DNA of 64,000 nt from Muribaculaceae bacterium (GTDB taxonomy: Bacteria > Bacteroidota > Bacteroidia > Bacteroidales > Muribaculaceae): contig JAMPDX010000001.1 in assembly GCA_023665425.1 (NCBI GenBank), forward strand, positions 811,988 through 875,987, written 5' to 3'. Both the position numbers and the translations under genes were made by a program. Below the pieces are notes generated by a model, which was not told where the DNA came from, made no database searches, and worked only from the letters and a program-made list of their open reading frames with translations. This document shows, piece by piece, positions 46,901 to 58,442 of the stretch. Numbering within the stretch: position 1 is the stretch's first letter; each line of letters opens with the position of its first letter.

Positions 46901-47739
46901 ACAAGATGGTGGCTGCCGTAATTACCAACTATCTGCGTAAGAGCAAGGAGATAGACAGCGAGCTTCGCCGCAAGAAGTTCGACATCACCATAGGTGACGA
47001 GCTTCCCTCCGGCATCATGCAGATGGCAAAAGTGTACATCGCCAAGAAGCGTAAGATTGGTGTAGGTGACAAGATGGCCGGACGCCACGGTAACAAGGGT
47101 ATCGTATCCCGTGTGGTGCGTCAGGAAGATATGCCGTTCCTCGAGGATGGAACTCCCGTGGATATCGTTCTGAACCCTCTGGGTGTGCCTTCACGTATGA
47201 ACCTTGGTCAGATCTTCGAGACAGTACTCGGATGGGCCGGCCGCGAGCTGGGTGAGAAATTTGCCACACCCATCTTCGACGGAGCCTCGCTTGATGACTT
47301 GAATGAGTGGACCGACAAGGCCGGTCTGCCCCGTTACGGTAAGACATACCTGTATGATGGTGGTACCGGCGACCGCTTTGACCAGCCTGCTACCGTGGGT
47401 GTCATCTATATGCTTAAGCTGGGCCACATGGTGGAAGACAAAATGCACGCACGCTCCATCGGTCCGTACTCACTCATCACCCAGCAGCCCTTGGGTGGTA
47501 AGGCTCAGTTCGGTGGTCAGCGTTTTGGAGAGATGGAGGTTTGGGCGCTTGAAGCTTTCGGTGCCGCACACATCCTTCAAGAAATCCTCACTATCAAGAG
47601 TGATGACGTAGTAGGCCGCAGCAAGGCATACGAAGCCATCGTGAAGGGTGAGTCTATGCCTACACCGGGTATCCCCGAGTCCCTCAACGTACTCCTGCAT
47701 GAACTGCGTGGTCTGGGTCTGAGCATCTCGCTCGACTAA
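43930..47739 (+). CDS. rpoB: DNA-directed RNA polymerase subunit beta
   Basis: 1269 aa, ...[17 protein letters not shown]..., ...[15 protein letters not shown].... Confidence 0.99.
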   Translation: MSVSLTEKPRVNFGTVKNPLPYPDFLEIQLQSFRDFLQLDTPPEQRKNEGLYKVFAENFPIADTRNNFVLEFLDYYIDPPRYSIEECLTRGLTYSVPLKAKLKLYCTDPDHEDFDTVIQDVYLGPIPYMTEQGTFIINGAERVVVSQLHRSPGVFFGQSIHANGTKLYSARIIPFRGSWIEFATDINNVMYAYIDRKKKLPVTTLLRAIGLENDKDIIEIFNLADEVEVTESNLKAVIGKKLAARVLHSWVEEFTDEDTGEVTSVERNEIIVDRETEITEENIPEILESGVETILIQKDNVSAVDYSIIFNTLQKDTSNSEREAIQYIYRQLRNAEPPDDASAREVIQNLFFSEKRYDLGEVGRFRINKKLDLDTPMDVRVLTREDIVAIIKYLIELINAKSDVDDIDHLSNRRVRTVGEQLYNQFGVGLARMSRTIRERMNVRDNEVFTPIDLINAKTISSVINTFFGTNALSQFMDQTNPLSEITHKRRMSALGPGGLSRERAGFEVRDVHYTHYGRLCPIETPEGPNIGLISSLCVYAKVNNLGFIETPYRNVSDGKVDLNNKDVIYLTAENEEGKIIAQGNAPLNDDGTFIRNKVKARQDADFPIVEPGQVEMMDVAPIQIASIAASLIPFLEHDDANRALMGSNMMRQAVPLLRSEAPIVGTGIEGQLIRDSRTQIMAEGAGTIEYVDATVIRIRYDRTEDEEYVSFESAVKEYKLPKFRRTNQGTTIDLRPICNVGQRVKKGDILTEGYSTEKGELALGRNLKVAFMPWKGYNYEDAIVLNERMVREDILTSVHVDEYTLEVRETKRGEEELTSDIPNVSEDATKDLDERGIIRVGAYVVPGDIMIGKITPKGESDPTPEEKLLRAIFGDKAGDVKDASLKASPSLKGVVIGTNLFSRAKKKVKTRGNADLARLDAEYEQKQIELKSILLEKLRTITAGKISSGVKDFIGVEIIPKGSSFDDASFETIDYETINLSRWSSDSRVNKMVAAVITNYLRKSKEIDSELRRKKFDITIGDELPSGIMQMAKVYIAKKRKIGVGDKMAGRHGNKGIVSRVVRQEDMPFLEDGTPVDIVLNPLGVPSRMNLGQIFETVLGWAGRELGEKFATPIFDGASLDDLNEWTDKAGLPRYGKTYLYDGGTGDRFDQPATVGVIYMLKLGHMVEDKMHARSIGPYSLITQQPLGGKAQFGGQRFGEMEVWALEAFGAAHILQEILTIKSDDVVGRSKAYEAIVKGESMPTPGIPESLNVLLHELRGLGLSISLD

Positions 47740-47893
47740 GGTCAGCACCCCTCACACAGGTGTATTAAGCTCAGTGCAGAGAGGTCAGCAATGACATTCC
47801 GCCAAGCGGATGAAACATACTGACCTGCTGCACAATAAAAAGCCCTGATTTTACGTTATATAATTTCAAGCAAAAAAGAAGGAAACAACATAT

Positions 47894-50800
47894 ATGGCTT
47901 TTAGAAGAGACAATAAAATAAAGAGCAACTTCTCGAAGATAACCATCGGTTTGGCGTCGCCGGACGAAATCAAAGAGAAGAGCTCCGGTGAGGTGCTCAA
48001 GCCCGAAACCATCAACTATCGCACTTATAAGCCTGAGCGCGACGGTCTGTTCTGCGAAAAGATCTTCGGCCCGGTCAAGGACTATGAGTGCCACTGCGGT
48101 AAGTACAAGCGCATACGTTACAAAGGTATCGTGTGCGACCGTTGCGGTGTAGAAGTCACCGAGAAGAAAGTGCGCCGCGAGCGTATGGGCCACATAGAGC
48201 TCGTAGTGCCTGTAGCACACATCTGGTACTTCCGCTCATTGCCTAACAAGATAGGATACTTGTTAGGTCTGCCCTCCAAGAAACTCGACTCTATAATCTA
48301 TTATGAGCGCTATGTAGTCATCAATCCGGGTGCCGCCGAGGGTCTGGAGCGTCTTGACCTCATAGACGAGGAGCAGTATCTTGACATCCTGGACCAACTC
48401 GGTCCTGAGAACCAGATGCTCCCTGACGATGACCCCAATAAGTTCATCGCCAAGATGGGAGCCGATGCTATCTACGACCTGCTCAAGGATATTGATCTTG
48501 ATGCCTTGAGCTACGAGCTGCGTGACCGAGCTAATACTGACGGCTCACAGCAACGTAAGACAGAGGCTCTGAAGCGTCTGCAGGTAGTGGAGAGCTTCCG
48601 CGCAAGCCGAGGTCGTAACAAGCCTGAATGGATGATACTCAAGGCAGTGCCCGTTATCCCGCCCGAGCTGCGTCCCCTCGTGCCTCTGGATGGAGGACGC
48701 TTCGCCACATCTGACCTTAACGACCTCTATCGTCGTGTCATCATACGTAACAACCGATTGAAACGTCTCATAGAGATTCAGGCACCCGAAGTCATTCTGC
48801 GCAACGAAAAGCGTCTGCTTCAAGAGGCAGTGGATTCTCTGCTCGATAACTCACGCAAGTCAAGCGCAGTGAAGAGTGATGTGAACCGCCCCTTGAAGTC
48901 TCTGTCAGATTCACTGAAGGGTAAGCAGGGTCGCTTCCGTCAGAACTTGCTCGGTAAGCGTGTGGACTACTCAGCCCGTTCCGTTATCGTAGTAGGTCCT
49001 GAGCTCAAGATGCACGAGTGCGGTATTCCCAAACTCATGGCCGCCGAGTTGTACAAGCCCTTCATCATCCGTAAGCTCATAGAGCGCGGCATCGTGAAGA
49101 CAGTCAAGAGCGCCAAGAAGATTGTAGACCGCAAGGAGCCCGTGGTATGGGATATCCTGGAGTATGTGATGAAAGGTCACCCCGTGCTGCTTAACCGTGC
49201 CCCGACACTTCACCGTCTTGGTATCCAGGCTTTCCAGCCCAAGATGATTGAGGGTAAAGCTATCCAGCTGCACCCGTTGGCATGTACTGCGTTCAATGCG
49301 GACTTCGACGGCGACCAGATGGCAGTGCACCTCCCTCTGGGCAACGAGGCAGTGCTCGAGGCTCAGATGCTCATGCTCGGTGCGCACAACATCCTCAACC
49401 CCGCCAATGGTGCACCTATCACCGTGCCCTCACAGGACATGGTTCTGGGTCTTTACTATATCACCAAGCTGCGCAAAGGTGACAAGGGTGAAGGCTCAAT
49501 ATTCTATGGCCCGGAAGAGGCTGAGATAGCATATAACGAGGGTGCCGTGACTCTGCACGCTCCCGTCACTATCATGGTAGATGATGTTGATGAGAACGGC
49601 AATCCCTGCAAGGTCCTTAAGAAGGATACTTCAGTGGGTCGCATCTTGTTCAACCAATATGTACCCAAGGAGATAGGTTACGTCAATGAGATTATCTCCA
49701 AGAAGTCACTGCGTACCATCATCGGTAAAGTCATCAAGACTTGCGGTGTGACACACTCAGCACAGTTCCTCGACGATATCAAGAACCTCGGTTACCGTAT
49801 GGCATTCCGTGGCGGTCTGAGCTTCAACCTTGGTGACGTGATTATCCCGAAGGAGAAGGCCGAGTATGTGGAAGAGGGTAACGCCCAGGTAGAAGAGGTG
49901 CTCAATAACTATCGCATGGGTTTCATCACCGGTAACGAGCGCTACAACCAGGTGATTGATATCTGGACACACGTAAACTCCAAGCTCGCCTCCACTCTGA
50001 TGAAGCAGATGCAGGAAGACCAGCAGGGCTTCAACTCAGTATACATGATGCTCGACTCGGGAGCTCGTGGTTCAAAAGACCAGATTCGTCAGCTGTCCGG
50101 TATGCGTGGTCTTATGGCCAAGCCGCAGAAGGCCGGTGCCGAGGGTGGTCAGATTATTGAGAACCCGATCTTGGCGAACTTCAAGGAGGGTCTGTCAGTG
50201 CTCGAGTACTTCATCTCAACACACGGTGCACGTAAGGGTCTTGCGGATACCGCATTGAAGACAGCCGACGCCGGTTATCTGACACGCCGTCTCGTAGACG
50301 TGGCTCATGATGTAATCATCAACGAGGAGGATTGCGGTACACTCCGCGGCCTGGTATGCACCGAGATCAAGAACAACGAGGAGGTGGTAGCCACCCTCTC
50401 AGAGCGTATCTTGGGTCGTGTCTCAGTGCATGATGTGGTAGACCCCATGACCGGCGAGGTATATGTACGCGCCGGCGAGGAGATTACCGAGATAGCAGCC
50501 GACAAGATCGAGAAGTCCCCCATTGAGCAGGTAGAGATACGCTCCGTGCTCACCTGCGAGAGCAAGAAGGGTGTCTGCGCCAAGTGCTATGGTCGCAACC
50601 TCTCTAACCACCGTATGGTGCAGAAGGGTGAGGCTGTAGGTGTTATCGCCGCACAGTCTATTGGTGAGCCGGGTACTCAGTTGACACTGCGTACATTCCA
50701 CGTGGGTGGTGTCGCAGGTAACGTTGCCGCCGTTAAGGACGTGACCTCACGATATGACGGCCAACTCGAGATTGATGAGCTCCGCACTGTTAAGGACAAG

Positions 50801-52192
50801 GACAACAATACTATCGTAGTAGGCCGTATGGGTGAGATGCGCATCATCGAGCCTAAGAGCGGCGCTGTACTCACTACAGCCAACATACCCTACGGCTCCA
50901 AGCTTTATTTCGCTCCCGGCGATATGGTGCACAAGGGGGATATGATTTGCGAATGGGATCCCTTCAACGCCGTAATCATCAGCGAAGAGGGTGGTAAGGT
51001 TCGCTTCGAGAATGTAGTAGAGGGTGTCACATACCGCGTTGAGGCTGATGAGGCCACCGGTATGAAGGAGAAGATTATGATTGAGTCTAAGGACCGTACC
51101 AAGGCTCCCGAAGCTCATCTTATCAATAATGATGGCGAGATAATCCGTACATACTCACTGCCTATGGGTGCTCACCTGCTCATCGATGATGGCGATATGC
51201 TCACCCCCGGCCAAGTGTTCGTAAAGATACCGCGCGCATCCAACAGCGCCGGTGACATCACCGGTGGTCTGCCCCGTGTTACAGAGTTGTTTGAGGCCCG
51301 TAATCCCTCTAACCCCGCTATCGTCAGCGAGATTGACGGTGAGGTTAAGTTTGGCTCTATCAAACGTGGTAACCGCGAGATCACCGTTACCTCCAAGCTC
51401 GGCGAGGAGAAGAAGTATCTCGTACCCCTCACCAAGCAGCTCCTCGTGCAGGAGAACGACTATGTGCGTGCCGGGACACCCCTCTCTGACGGTGCAGTCA
51501 CTCCGGCTGACATCCTCAGCATCAAGGGCCCCACAGCCGTTCAGGAATACATCGTTAATGAGGTGCAAGATGTGTACCGCATGCAGGGTGTGAAGATCAA
51601 CGACAAGCACTTCGAGGTAATAGTTCGCCAGATGATGCGCAAGGTCAACATCCTTGACCCGGGTGACACTCGTTTCCTGGAGCAGCAGATAGTCGACAAG
51701 CTCGACTTCGCTGAGGAGAATGACCGCATCTGGGGTAAGAAGGTAGTCATCGATGCCGGCGACAGCACAATCTTCCAGAAGGGTCAGATCATCACCGCTC
51801 GCAAGCTTCGCGATGAGAACTCAGCTCTGAAGCGTCGTGACCTGCGCGAGGTTGTGGTACGCGATGCCGTGCCTGCCACTTCAGAGCAGATACTGCAAGG
51901 TATCACTCGTGCCGCACTGCAGACCAAGAGCTTTATCTCAGCCGCCTCCTTCCAGGAGACTACCAAGGTGCTCAATGAGGCTGCAATCAATGGTAAGACA
52001 GACTACCTCGAGGGCATGAAGGAGAACGTAATCTGTGGTCACCTAATCCCCGCCGGTACCGGTCTGCGCGAGTATGACAAACTCGTTGTTGCAAGCAAGG
52101 AAGACTATGCCGCCATGCTTCGCAAGGAGGAAGAGGTGGAAAATGAAGACCCCATCGAGACTATTGATGTAGTAGCCGAAGATGTGAACTAA
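47894..52192 (+). CDS. rpoC: DNA-directed RNA polymerase subunit beta-prime
   Basis: 1432 aa, zinc motif [20 protein letters not shown] and catalytic [12 protein letters not shown]. Confidence 0.99.
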   Translation: MAFRRDNKIKSNFSKITIGLASPDEIKEKSSGEVLKPETINYRTYKPERDGLFCEKIFGPVKDYECHCGKYKRIRYKGIVCDRCGVEVTEKKVRRERMGHIELVVPVAHIWYFRSLPNKIGYLLGLPSKKLDSIIYYERYVVINPGAAEGLERLDLIDEEQYLDILDQLGPENQMLPDDDPNKFIAKMGADAIYDLLKDIDLDALSYELRDRANTDGSQQRKTEALKRLQVVESFRASRGRNKPEWMILKAVPVIPPELRPLVPLDGGRFATSDLNDLYRRVIIRNNRLKRLIEIQAPEVILRNEKRLLQEAVDSLLDNSRKSSAVKSDVNRPLKSLSDSLKGKQGRFRQNLLGKRVDYSARSVIVVGPELKMHECGIPKLMAAELYKPFIIRKLIERGIVKTVKSAKKIVDRKEPVVWDILEYVMKGHPVLLNRAPTLHRLGIQAFQPKMIEGKAIQLHPLACTAFNADFDGDQMAVHLPLGNEAVLEAQMLMLGAHNILNPANGAPITVPSQDMVLGLYYITKLRKGDKGEGSIFYGPEEAEIAYNEGAVTLHAPVTIMVDDVDENGNPCKVLKKDTSVGRILFNQYVPKEIGYVNEIISKKSLRTIIGKVIKTCGVTHSAQFLDDIKNLGYRMAFRGGLSFNLGDVIIPKEKAEYVEEGNAQVEEVLNNYRMGFITGNERYNQVIDIWTHVNSKLASTLMKQMQEDQQGFNSVYMMLDSGARGSKDQIRQLSGMRGLMAKPQKAGAEGGQIIENPILANFKEGLSVLEYFISTHGARKGLADTALKTADAGYLTRRLVDVAHDVIINEEDCGTLRGLVCTEIKNNEEVVATLSERILGRVSVHDVVDPMTGEVYVRAGEEITEIAADKIEKSPIEQVEIRSVLTCESKKGVCAKCYGRNLSNHRMVQKGEAVGVIAAQSIGEPGTQLTLRTFHVGGVAGNVAAVKDVTSRYDGQLEIDELRTVKDKDNNTIVVGRMGEMRIIEPKSGAVLTTANIPYGSKLYFAPGDMVHKGDMICEWDPFNAVIISEEGGKVRFENVVEGVTYRVEADEATGMKEKIMIESKDRTKAPEAHLINNDGEIIRTYSLPMGAHLLIDDGDMLTPGQVFVKIPRASNSAGDITGGLPRVTELFEARNPSNPAIVSEIDGEVKFGSIKRGNREITVTSKLGEEKKYLVPLTKQLLVQENDYVRAGTPLSDGAVTPADILSIKGPTAVQEYIVNEVQDVYRMQGVKINDKHFEVIVRQMMRKVNILDPGDTRFLEQQIVDKLDFAEENDRIWGKKVVIDAGDSTIFQKGQIITARKLRDENSALKRRDLREVVVRDAVPATSEQILQGITRAALQTKSFISAASFQETTKVLNEAAINGKTDYLEGMKENVICGHLIPAGTGLREYDKLVVASKEDYAAMLRKEEEVENEDPIETIDVVAEDVN

Positions 52193-52340
52193 TCCATAGT
52201 CTGAAAGTACTTAGTGATGATTCAAAAAATACCAAGTTGGTAATTTTACTCATCATATAAAATTTCACCAATTTATTTTTTAATCATCACTTAAAGACTA
52301 AAATGATAGTATGTGCCGACATGGCACACTGCAATAAAAA

Positions 52341-52373
52341 ATCTCGGGAGTCGACGACTCTCGAGATTTTTTT
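52341..52373. terminator. Bidirectional Rho-independent terminator shared by rpoC (+) and the convergent lipoprotein gene (-)
   Basis: atctcgggagtcg-a-cgactctcgagat flanked by AAAAAA on the left and TTTTTTT on the right. Confidence 0.8.
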
Positions 52374-52419
52374 GGTATTGATGTTTGTGATTTTCAGTTC
52401 ATCACTTTGCTTCAGGGTC

Positions 52420-52962
52420 TTATTGGTTCTGGCAAGACTTTGAACATTCAGAGAGACGCTCCTGCAGCTTTGCCGTGAAGTTGTCGGACCTTGACTGAAC
52501 GTCTTCGCGGAGCTTTATGACTTTGTTGAAGTTGTCTTTGCCCATTTGCTCTATCAGGTATTTGTCAAGGTGTTCCACGGCATCATTATGCGTTTGCACC
52601 TCATCCCAAATGGCGTTGTTGGGACCAAAAACGGCGATTGTGGAGCCTAATTCGGTGATGTTGGGCCACTTTGCATTCCATTGATTAAATACTTCATCAA
52701 TGGCCTTTTGCAGCTCCTGAGGATTATTCATATCTTCGTTTTCATCCAGAACTTTGTTCAGATTGTCGTACAGCTCCCGGTTGGAGGTGGAGTACCATTC
52801 GATTATCTGCGAATATTCTTCGGGACTAAATTCGGAGCGTGACTTAATCATGTCATGAGCCTCTTTGGAGTATTCCTTTGGCAGTGGTGTTTTTTTTGTA
52901 CACGCAGCGAAAAGAAGTATGAGCACTGCAAGACTGCCCAGTACAAATGTCAGTTTCTTCAT
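52420..52962 (-). CDS. Lipoprotein (180 aa), function unknown
   Basis: From ATG 52962: MKKLTFVLGSLAVLILLFAAC (lipobox). The track's 86-codon upstream extension overlaps the next gene and is rejected. Confidence 0.7.
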   Translation of the reverse strand: MKKLTFVLGSLAVLILLFAACTKKTPLPKEYSKEAHDMIKSRSEFSPEEYSQIIEWYSTSNRELYDNLNKVLDENEDMNNPQELQKAIDEVFNQWNAKWPNITELGSTIAVFGPNNAIWDEVQTHNDAVEHLDKYLIEQMGKDNFNKVIKLREDVQSRSDNFTAKLQERLSECSKSCQNQ

Positions 52963-53000
52963 AATTTCTATATTTTTACGGTTGATAAGTGGAGTGTGTG

Positions 53001-53390
53001 TTAGTATAAATCTAAGGCTGTGGCGGCATAGGCGGTGGCTTGGGCTTTCAGTGAGTCTAAGTAGGGGAGGCGACGCAACAAGCGAAAGGCGAGCATATTG
53101 GCTTCTTCCTGTGTCTGAGTGTCGGTCATGAGGGCTAATGCTTCTTGCTCTGAAACCTCCTCGGGAGGGAAAATGTAAGTGGCCAACAGGCGGCTTTCGC
53201 GCACCTTCTTGTCGGCCCATAGCTCGAGAGCAATGGCTTTGTCTTGCCCAACTGTGCCTGCTATCTGTGCAAGTTGGGGCACATTAAGACCGAATATTAC
53301 ATTATAGCAGTTCATGCCGGCACTCCTCAGTGCGTCTGCCACAATGCCGTTTCGGTATGCCATGAATTGTACCTTTATACTTTTCATCAT
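53001..53390 (-). CDS. Short HEAT-like protein resembling DNA alkylation repair (AlkD-type) proteins
   Basis: 129 aa. The pattern ...FGLNVPQLAQIAG...ALELWADKKVRESRLLATYIF... resembles AlkD-family repeats. Tentative. Confidence 0.5.
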   Translation of the reverse strand: MMKSIKVQFMAYRNGIVADALRSAGMNCYNVIFGLNVPQLAQIAGTVGQDKAIALELWADKKVRESRLLATYIFPPEEVSEQEALALMTDTQTQEEANMLAFRLLRRLPYLDSLKAQATAYAATALDLY

Positions 53391-53398
53391 AAGTGTCA

Positions 53399-53577
53399 GC
53401 TCAATTTAAATTAAACTTTATGTGGCTATGCTCATTTGTATTTAGAGGCCTTTATCCCGGCGCCTTTTTGGCATCTTTTGCCAAGTTTCATCAGTCGTTA
53501 TGCCCGCATAACTCCTTCATCAACTTGCAAAATCAGCTCAAAAATTCGCTCGGTATAAAGTTCAATTTAAATTGAGC
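53399..53577. repeat. 23-bp inverted repeat (one mismatch) enclosing 133 bp; either a MITE-like element or a large 5-prime-UTR hairpin
   Basis: gctcaatttaaattaaactttat (53399-53421) versus ataaagttcaatttaaattgagc (53555-53577). Weaker complementarity continues outward to 53386 and 53591. Confidence 0.65.
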
Positions 53578-53617
53578 AGCCACTTATCATTCCATTTTGG
53601 GCTTGCCTCAGCCGGTT

Positions 53618-53654
53618 CGAAAAAGTCCGTGTGGAATATCCTCCCACACGGACT
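53618..53654 (-). terminator. Rho-independent terminator of the M49 peptidase gene
   Basis: agtccgtgtgg...ccacacggact, with a T-tract on the minus strand (plus strand gaaaaa at 53619-53623). Confidence 0.75.
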
Positions 53655-53675
53655 TCATTAGTAGGTAACTAAATA

Positions 53676-55709
53676 TTATTTAGCGAGGGTGGAGTAGTCG
53701 CGGCTCAGACGGAGCATCTGGTCAACATAGCCTTCGTTGTAGTCTATAGTAACATCGATGATTTCACCCTTCTTATCAAAGACGGGGGTGTATACGGGGT
53801 TAACGAAGCCACGATATGGGGGTATGTCGAGCTTGGAATAGCGGTCGAGTACCTCTTTGTGGAGCTTGGGGTCAATCTTTACGCCATATGTGTTGACGAG
53901 CTTGTTGCCGGCCTCATAGTCACCTTCGCTCTTGATGCGTTGCACCTCGGCCAGAAGTTTGCCAAAGAGGTCACGGAGCTTGCGATAGTCGTTGATTTTG
54001 ACGAATGTCTTGCCGTTCTTCTTGACGAGCTCAACTACCTTGTCCTTTTTGCCTTTCTCGAGCACCCATTTGGCCACGAGCTGCCTGTTGCGCATGTGAG
54101 CCTCCTCAATGTCGTTGCCCAGCTCAATACGGTTGAGTTGAGTCATGAGGCCATTGAGCATATACTTGTAGTACTCAGCCTGGTAAGCATCGGGGTTGTC
54201 GAGTATACCGAGCTCGAGCAGTTTGGGGTCTGCCAGATAATAGAGGGCAAACAGGTCAGCGCGAGTCTCCTCGAGTGTAGAGCCATGCTCCTTGAGGGCA
54301 TCGGGGTCAGTGCCCGGCATCAAGCGGCCGGAGGCGTGACCTAGACACTCATGCAGGTCTGTGTGAAGCATATCTGTGATGTAGAGATACTCATCCATCA
54401 TCTTTGAGGTGGGAGCATCGATGACGAACTCCTCGTTGAAGCCATTGCCGATAGAGGCCATAGCATACGCCTCGGTAATGTTCTCGAGAGTGACAGACTT
54501 GGAGCCGTGGGCAGCGCGAATCCAGTCGGCGTTGGGCAGATTGATACCGATGGCAGTTGAGGGAAAAGCATCACCGCCGAGCATGGCAGCATTGATAACC
54601 TTGGCGCTGACACCCTTCACCTCCGGCTTGCGGAAGCGGGGGTCTACCGGGCTGTGGTCTTCAAACCACTGAGCGTTGGAGCTGATGGTCTCTGTGCGCT
54701 GTGAAGAGGGTTTGTTTTTGAAGTTGACATAGCTCTCCCATGACGCAGTCATGCCTAACGGGTCGCCATAATTCTCGATGAAGCCGTTCACGAAGTCCAC
54801 CTCGCTTGCAGTGTCCTCAGCCCAGAGGATAGAATACTCATCGAAGGTACGCAAGTCGCCGGTGATGTAGTAGTCAATCAGAGTGGCGATGTAAGCTTTC
54901 TGAGCGTCGTTCTCAGCGTAATCGCGGGCTTTGCTAAGGTAATATATTATCTTGGCGATAGCGTCGCCGTAGAGGCCGTTGAGCTGGTAATGCTCCTCTA
55001 CGAGGTTGCCATTCTCATCATGTTTCATGCGGCTGTTAAGGCCGTAGGAGATGGGAGTAGTATCGTTGGGGTCTTTTATCTTGGCGAAATATTCCTCCAC
55101 CTCAGCCTGGGTGACACCGGGACCGTAAAGGTTAGTGGCAGATGTTGCGATAACATCTTGGGTGCCATCCTGGTTAACACGCTTTGCCATCACTGTGGGG
55201 TCGAATATCACAGGTGTAAGGTCTGCCAGGAGGGCCTCTTTATCGGCGTATTGAGCCGGGATGACTCCTTGGGGCAGCGCATTTACTTGCTCCACGAAGA
55301 AGGCCTGAGAGAAGCCGGGAGTGAACTTGTCGGTGGAGTAGTGGTGGTGGATACCATTACCAAACCACACTTGCTTGAGGTATTGCTCAAAAGCCTTGTA
55401 GTCGGCACTGTTTTTGTCACCCTTGTAGTTGTTGTAAATAGCCTCCAGAGTGACACGTATGGGCAGGTTGTAGCGGCAATTCTGGTCCCAGATAATGTCG
55501 CGACCTACCTGAGCAGCCTCGCTCAGATAGTATACCATGGCCTTCTGGCGGGGTGTGAGCTCCTTGAAGCCTGGTACTTCATAACGAAGCACCTCAATGT
55601 CGGCGAAGCGGTCAACGTGATAATTAAAGTCTTTGTTCTCAACACAAAGAGCCGGCATGGGGATGGCAAACATTGCTGATAGTGCCAATGCCGAGATTGT
55701 CTTTTTCAT
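53676..55709 (-). CDS. Peptidase family M49 (dipeptidyl-peptidase III-like), secreted
   Basis: Signal peptide. Zinc motifs HECLGH and EETRADL are characteristic of M49. Confidence 0.85.
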   Translation of the reverse strand: MKKTISALALSAMFAIPMPALCVENKDFNYHVDRFADIEVLRYEVPGFKELTPRQKAMVYYLSEAAQVGRDIIWDQNCRYNLPIRVTLEAIYNNYKGDKNSADYKAFEQYLKQVWFGNGIHHHYSTDKFTPGFSQAFFVEQVNALPQGVIPAQYADKEALLADLTPVIFDPTVMAKRVNQDGTQDVIATSATNLYGPGVTQAEVEEYFAKIKDPNDTTPISYGLNSRMKHDENGNLVEEHYQLNGLYGDAIAKIIYYLSKARDYAENDAQKAYIATLIDYYITGDLRTFDEYSILWAEDTASEVDFVNGFIENYGDPLGMTASWESYVNFKNKPSSQRTETISSNAQWFEDHSPVDPRFRKPEVKGVSAKVINAAMLGGDAFPSTAIGINLPNADWIRAAHGSKSVTLENITEAYAMASIGNGFNEEFVIDAPTSKMMDEYLYITDMLHTDLHECLGHASGRLMPGTDPDALKEHGSTLEETRADLFALYYLADPKLLELGILDNPDAYQAEYYKYMLNGLMTQLNRIELGNDIEEAHMRNRQLVAKWVLEKGKKDKVVELVKKNGKTFVKINDYRKLRDLFGKLLAEVQRIKSEGDYEAGNKLVNTYGVKIDPKLHKEVLDRYSKLDIPPYRGFVNPVYTPVFDKKGEIIDVTIDYNEGYVDQMLRLSRDYSTLAK

Positions 55710-55725
55710 GTTATTATATAGTTAG

Positions 55726-56904
55726 TTATTCTACATAAAGTACAAGCCCTTTGAGATATTCACCCTCCGGGTGATAGATGTTCACCGGGTGGTCTGCGGG
55801 CTGAGTGAGCTGGTGCAATATGCGCACCTTGCGGCCTGACTGTGCAGCGGCACTGAATACTGCCAAGCGGAATTGCTCCCTGTTTACTACTTGTGAGCAA
55901 GAGAATGTGAACAGAATGCCTCCGGGCCTTATTTTGTCAAAGGCCTTAGCGTTAAGACGCCGGTATCCGAGCAAGCCATTCCTGAGCGCTCCCCGGTGTT
56001 TGGCAAAAGCCGGCGGGTCAAGTATGATAAGGTCGAAGGCCCCGTCCTGCATCTCGCTCAGGTATTTGAAGGCGTCTATGGCGTGGGAAGTGTGTCGATT
56101 GTCGCCGGGGAAATTGAGCTCTATGTTGGCATCTGTCAGGGCTATAGCCTTAGAAGATGAGTCTACTGACACCACCCTCTTGGCTCCTCCGCGCATGGCA
56201 TACACCGAGAAGCCGCCGGTGTAGCAGAACATATTGAGCACCTCGCGCCCTTTGGCATAATGCTCCAGTAGAGAGCGGTTGTCGCGTTGGTCAACAAAGA
56301 AGCCGGTCTTCTGGCCACGTAGCCAGTCTATATTGAACTGCAGCCCGTTCTCCTTGGCTACACTCCCGTCATAGTTGCCCAGCAGATAGTCGTTCACCGG
56401 GTCGAGGTGCGCCTTGTAGGGCAGGGTGGTATCGCTCTTATAATAAACCGAGCGAATATCAGGCAGGGCCGAGAGAGCTTCGGCTATCTCCATGCGGCAA
56501 AAGTGCATACCGGGGGAGTGTGCCTGCACTACTGCTGTGGGGCCGTAGATGTCCACCACAAGGCCGGGCAGGAAATCACCCTCACCGTGCACCAGGCGGA
56601 AGCAGTTGTTATCGGGTCGAATAAGTCCGAGAGCGCTCCGCAGCTTATATGCTTGGCCAAGGCGTTCGGCGAAGTAGTCTTCCGGCAGCTCGGCTACACC
56701 AAAAGCGAGCATACGCACGGCAATGGAGCCTATCTGCCAGTGCCCCACACCTATAACCTCACCTTCATGAGATATGACGCGCACCAGGTCTCCCTCTTCA
56801 AGAGATTCGGGCAGCTTGGCTACGGCTCCGGAGAAGACCCATGGGTGAAAGCGTTTGAGACTCTCCTCTTTACCTCGTTTCAGTTTTATTTCCGGTAGTG
56901 ACAT
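55726..56904 (-). CDS. Class I SAM-dependent rRNA methyltransferase, RlmI-like (PUA + methyltransferase)
   Basis: 392 aa, VLNMFCYTGGFSVYA and LILDPPAFAK motifs. Confidence 0.8.
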   Translation of the reverse strand: MSLPEIKLKRGKEESLKRFHPWVFSGAVAKLPESLEEGDLVRVISHEGEVIGVGHWQIGSIAVRMLAFGVAELPEDYFAERLGQAYKLRSALGLIRPDNNCFRLVHGEGDFLPGLVVDIYGPTAVVQAHSPGMHFCRMEIAEALSALPDIRSVYYKSDTTLPYKAHLDPVNDYLLGNYDGSVAKENGLQFNIDWLRGQKTGFFVDQRDNRSLLEHYAKGREVLNMFCYTGGFSVYAMRGGAKRVVSVDSSSKAIALTDANIELNFPGDNRHTSHAIDAFKYLSEMQDGAFDLIILDPPAFAKHRGALRNGLLGYRRLNAKAFDKIRPGGILFTFSCSQVVNREQFRLAVFSAAAQSGRKVRILHQLTQPADHPVNIYHPEGEYLKGLVLYVE

Positions 56905-56918
56905 AAGTGAATTAGCGA

Positions 56919-58436
56919 TTATTTAAATAAGCGGACAATGTCCATTCCGTTGGCGTAGAGCAGCAGGAGGATGAGAAGCACCATGCCGGTGATCTGTGCC
57001 CGCTCCATAAATTTGTCAGAGGGTTTGCGGCGGAAGATTACCTCATAAAGCAGGAACATCACATGGCCTCCGTCAAGGCCCGGGATGGGCAGAATGTTCA
57101 TGAAAGCCAATGCCACGGAGAGGAAGGCGGCAATGTTCCAGAAAGCAAACCAATTCCATGACTCGGGGAACATACTTCCGATTGCGCCGAAGCCACCCAC
57201 ACTCTGTGCCCCCTCTTTGGTGAAGACATATTTAAGTGAGCTCACATAGTCTACCATCTTGCCGGACCCCTTGGAGATGCCCACGGGGAATGACTGGAAG
57301 AAGCCATATTTCTCGGTGGTGACATTGAAGAGTTTACGCAGGTCGTTCTCCAGCTGGAAGCCTATTTTGGAGTTGGAGTCGAGTTTCACCGGAATATCGA
57401 GAGTGTCCTTGGCATTGCGCACCACAGTGATATCTACAGTCTCGTTGGCCTTACCCTCGAGGGCGGGGAGGAACTCTGTGGCACCGCGTGTCAGCTTGCC
57501 GTTCACACCGATTATCTCATCTCCTTCGCGAAGACCGGCCTTGCGGCTGCTCTCGTTTGCTATGGAGTGTATCACCACCGGTATATCCATCAGCACGAAG
57601 TCTATGCCGCGCGGGTCTTTCTCACGGCCGGCTTCGAGTTGCATCATGAAGTTCTTAGGCAGGTTTATTACGGTGTCCTTGCCATTGCGTTCAACCTTCA
57701 CCTGCTTGGCATTGCCCAAGTCGAAGAGGTCATCTCCCAAATTGGTGATTTCTTTGCCATCGGCAGTGAGCGGTATGTCGCCATCCTTGAAGCCGGCCTG
57801 CTGAGCCACCAGGCTATACTTAAGCATACCCTTGGTGTCCTTGGGAGCCACGTGGTCATCTCCCCACCACCAGGTGATACCGGCGTATATAAGTATGGCT
57901 AACAGGAAGTTAAAGAGTACCCCCGCCACCATGATGAGCAGTCGCTGCCAAGCCGGTTTGGTACGGAACTCCCATGGCTTGGCCGGCTGCTTCATCTGCT
58001 CGGTGTCCATAGACTCATCTATCATACCGGAGATTTTGCAATAGCCGCCCAGAGGGAGCCAGCCGATGCCATACTCCGTGTCGCCCCAGAAAGATTTGCG
58101 CTTGCCGTCATCGGCCTCTTCCGGAAGGTTGTCCGGGTTCTCCTTTTGTGCCTGTGCCTGCGCATCCTTTACGTCGGCCTCTTTTTGTGCTGCGAGGCTC
58201 TGAGGGGTGACCTCCTCCACACCGGCATCAGTAAGATTCTTTTTTTTGCCGAAGATGGCGAAATACTTCTTCGGCTTCCACTTGGCCAATTCAAACCATG
58301 GGTCAAAAAAGATATAGAATTTCTCCACCCTTACGCCGAAGATGCGAGCAAACAAGAAGTGGCCGAACTCATGTATTATTACAAGTATGGCGAAAGCCAA
58401 TATCAGCTGTGCCGCCTTAATCAGAAATGTTTCCAA
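56919..58436 (-). CDS. rseP: RIP metalloprotease RseP (site-2 protease, M50)
   Basis: HEFGHFLFA, PDZ-containing middle region, NILPIPGLDGGH. TTG start. Confidence 0.9.
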   Translation of the reverse strand: METFLIKAAQLILAFAILVIIHEFGHFLFARIFGVRVEKFYIFFDPWFELAKWKPKKYFAIFGKKKNLTDAGVEEVTPQSLAAQKEADVKDAQAQAQKENPDNLPEEADDGKRKSFWGDTEYGIGWLPLGGYCKISGMIDESMDTEQMKQPAKPWEFRTKPAWQRLLIMVAGVLFNFLLAILIYAGITWWWGDDHVAPKDTKGMLKYSLVAQQAGFKDGDIPLTADGKEITNLGDDLFDLGNAKQVKVERNGKDTVINLPKNFMMQLEAGREKDPRGIDFVLMDIPVVIHSIANESSRKAGLREGDEIIGVNGKLTRGATEFLPALEGKANETVDITVVRNAKDTLDIPVKLDSNSKIGFQLENDLRKLFNVTTEKYGFFQSFPVGISKGSGKMVDYVSSLKYVFTKEGAQSVGGFGAIGSMFPESWNWFAFWNIAAFLSVALAFMNILPIPGLDGGHVMFLLYEVIFRRKPSDKFMERAQITGMVLLILLLLYANGMDIVRLFK

Positions 58437-58442
58437 AGTATT

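Noticed and set aside
52211-52294. An AT-rich imperfect inverted repeat (ttagtgatgatt.aaaaaata) downstream of rpoC, considered as a third MITE-like element.
   Set aside because: The arms are short, interrupted by indels and almost pure A/T, which is indistinguishable from chance in this AT-rich spacer.
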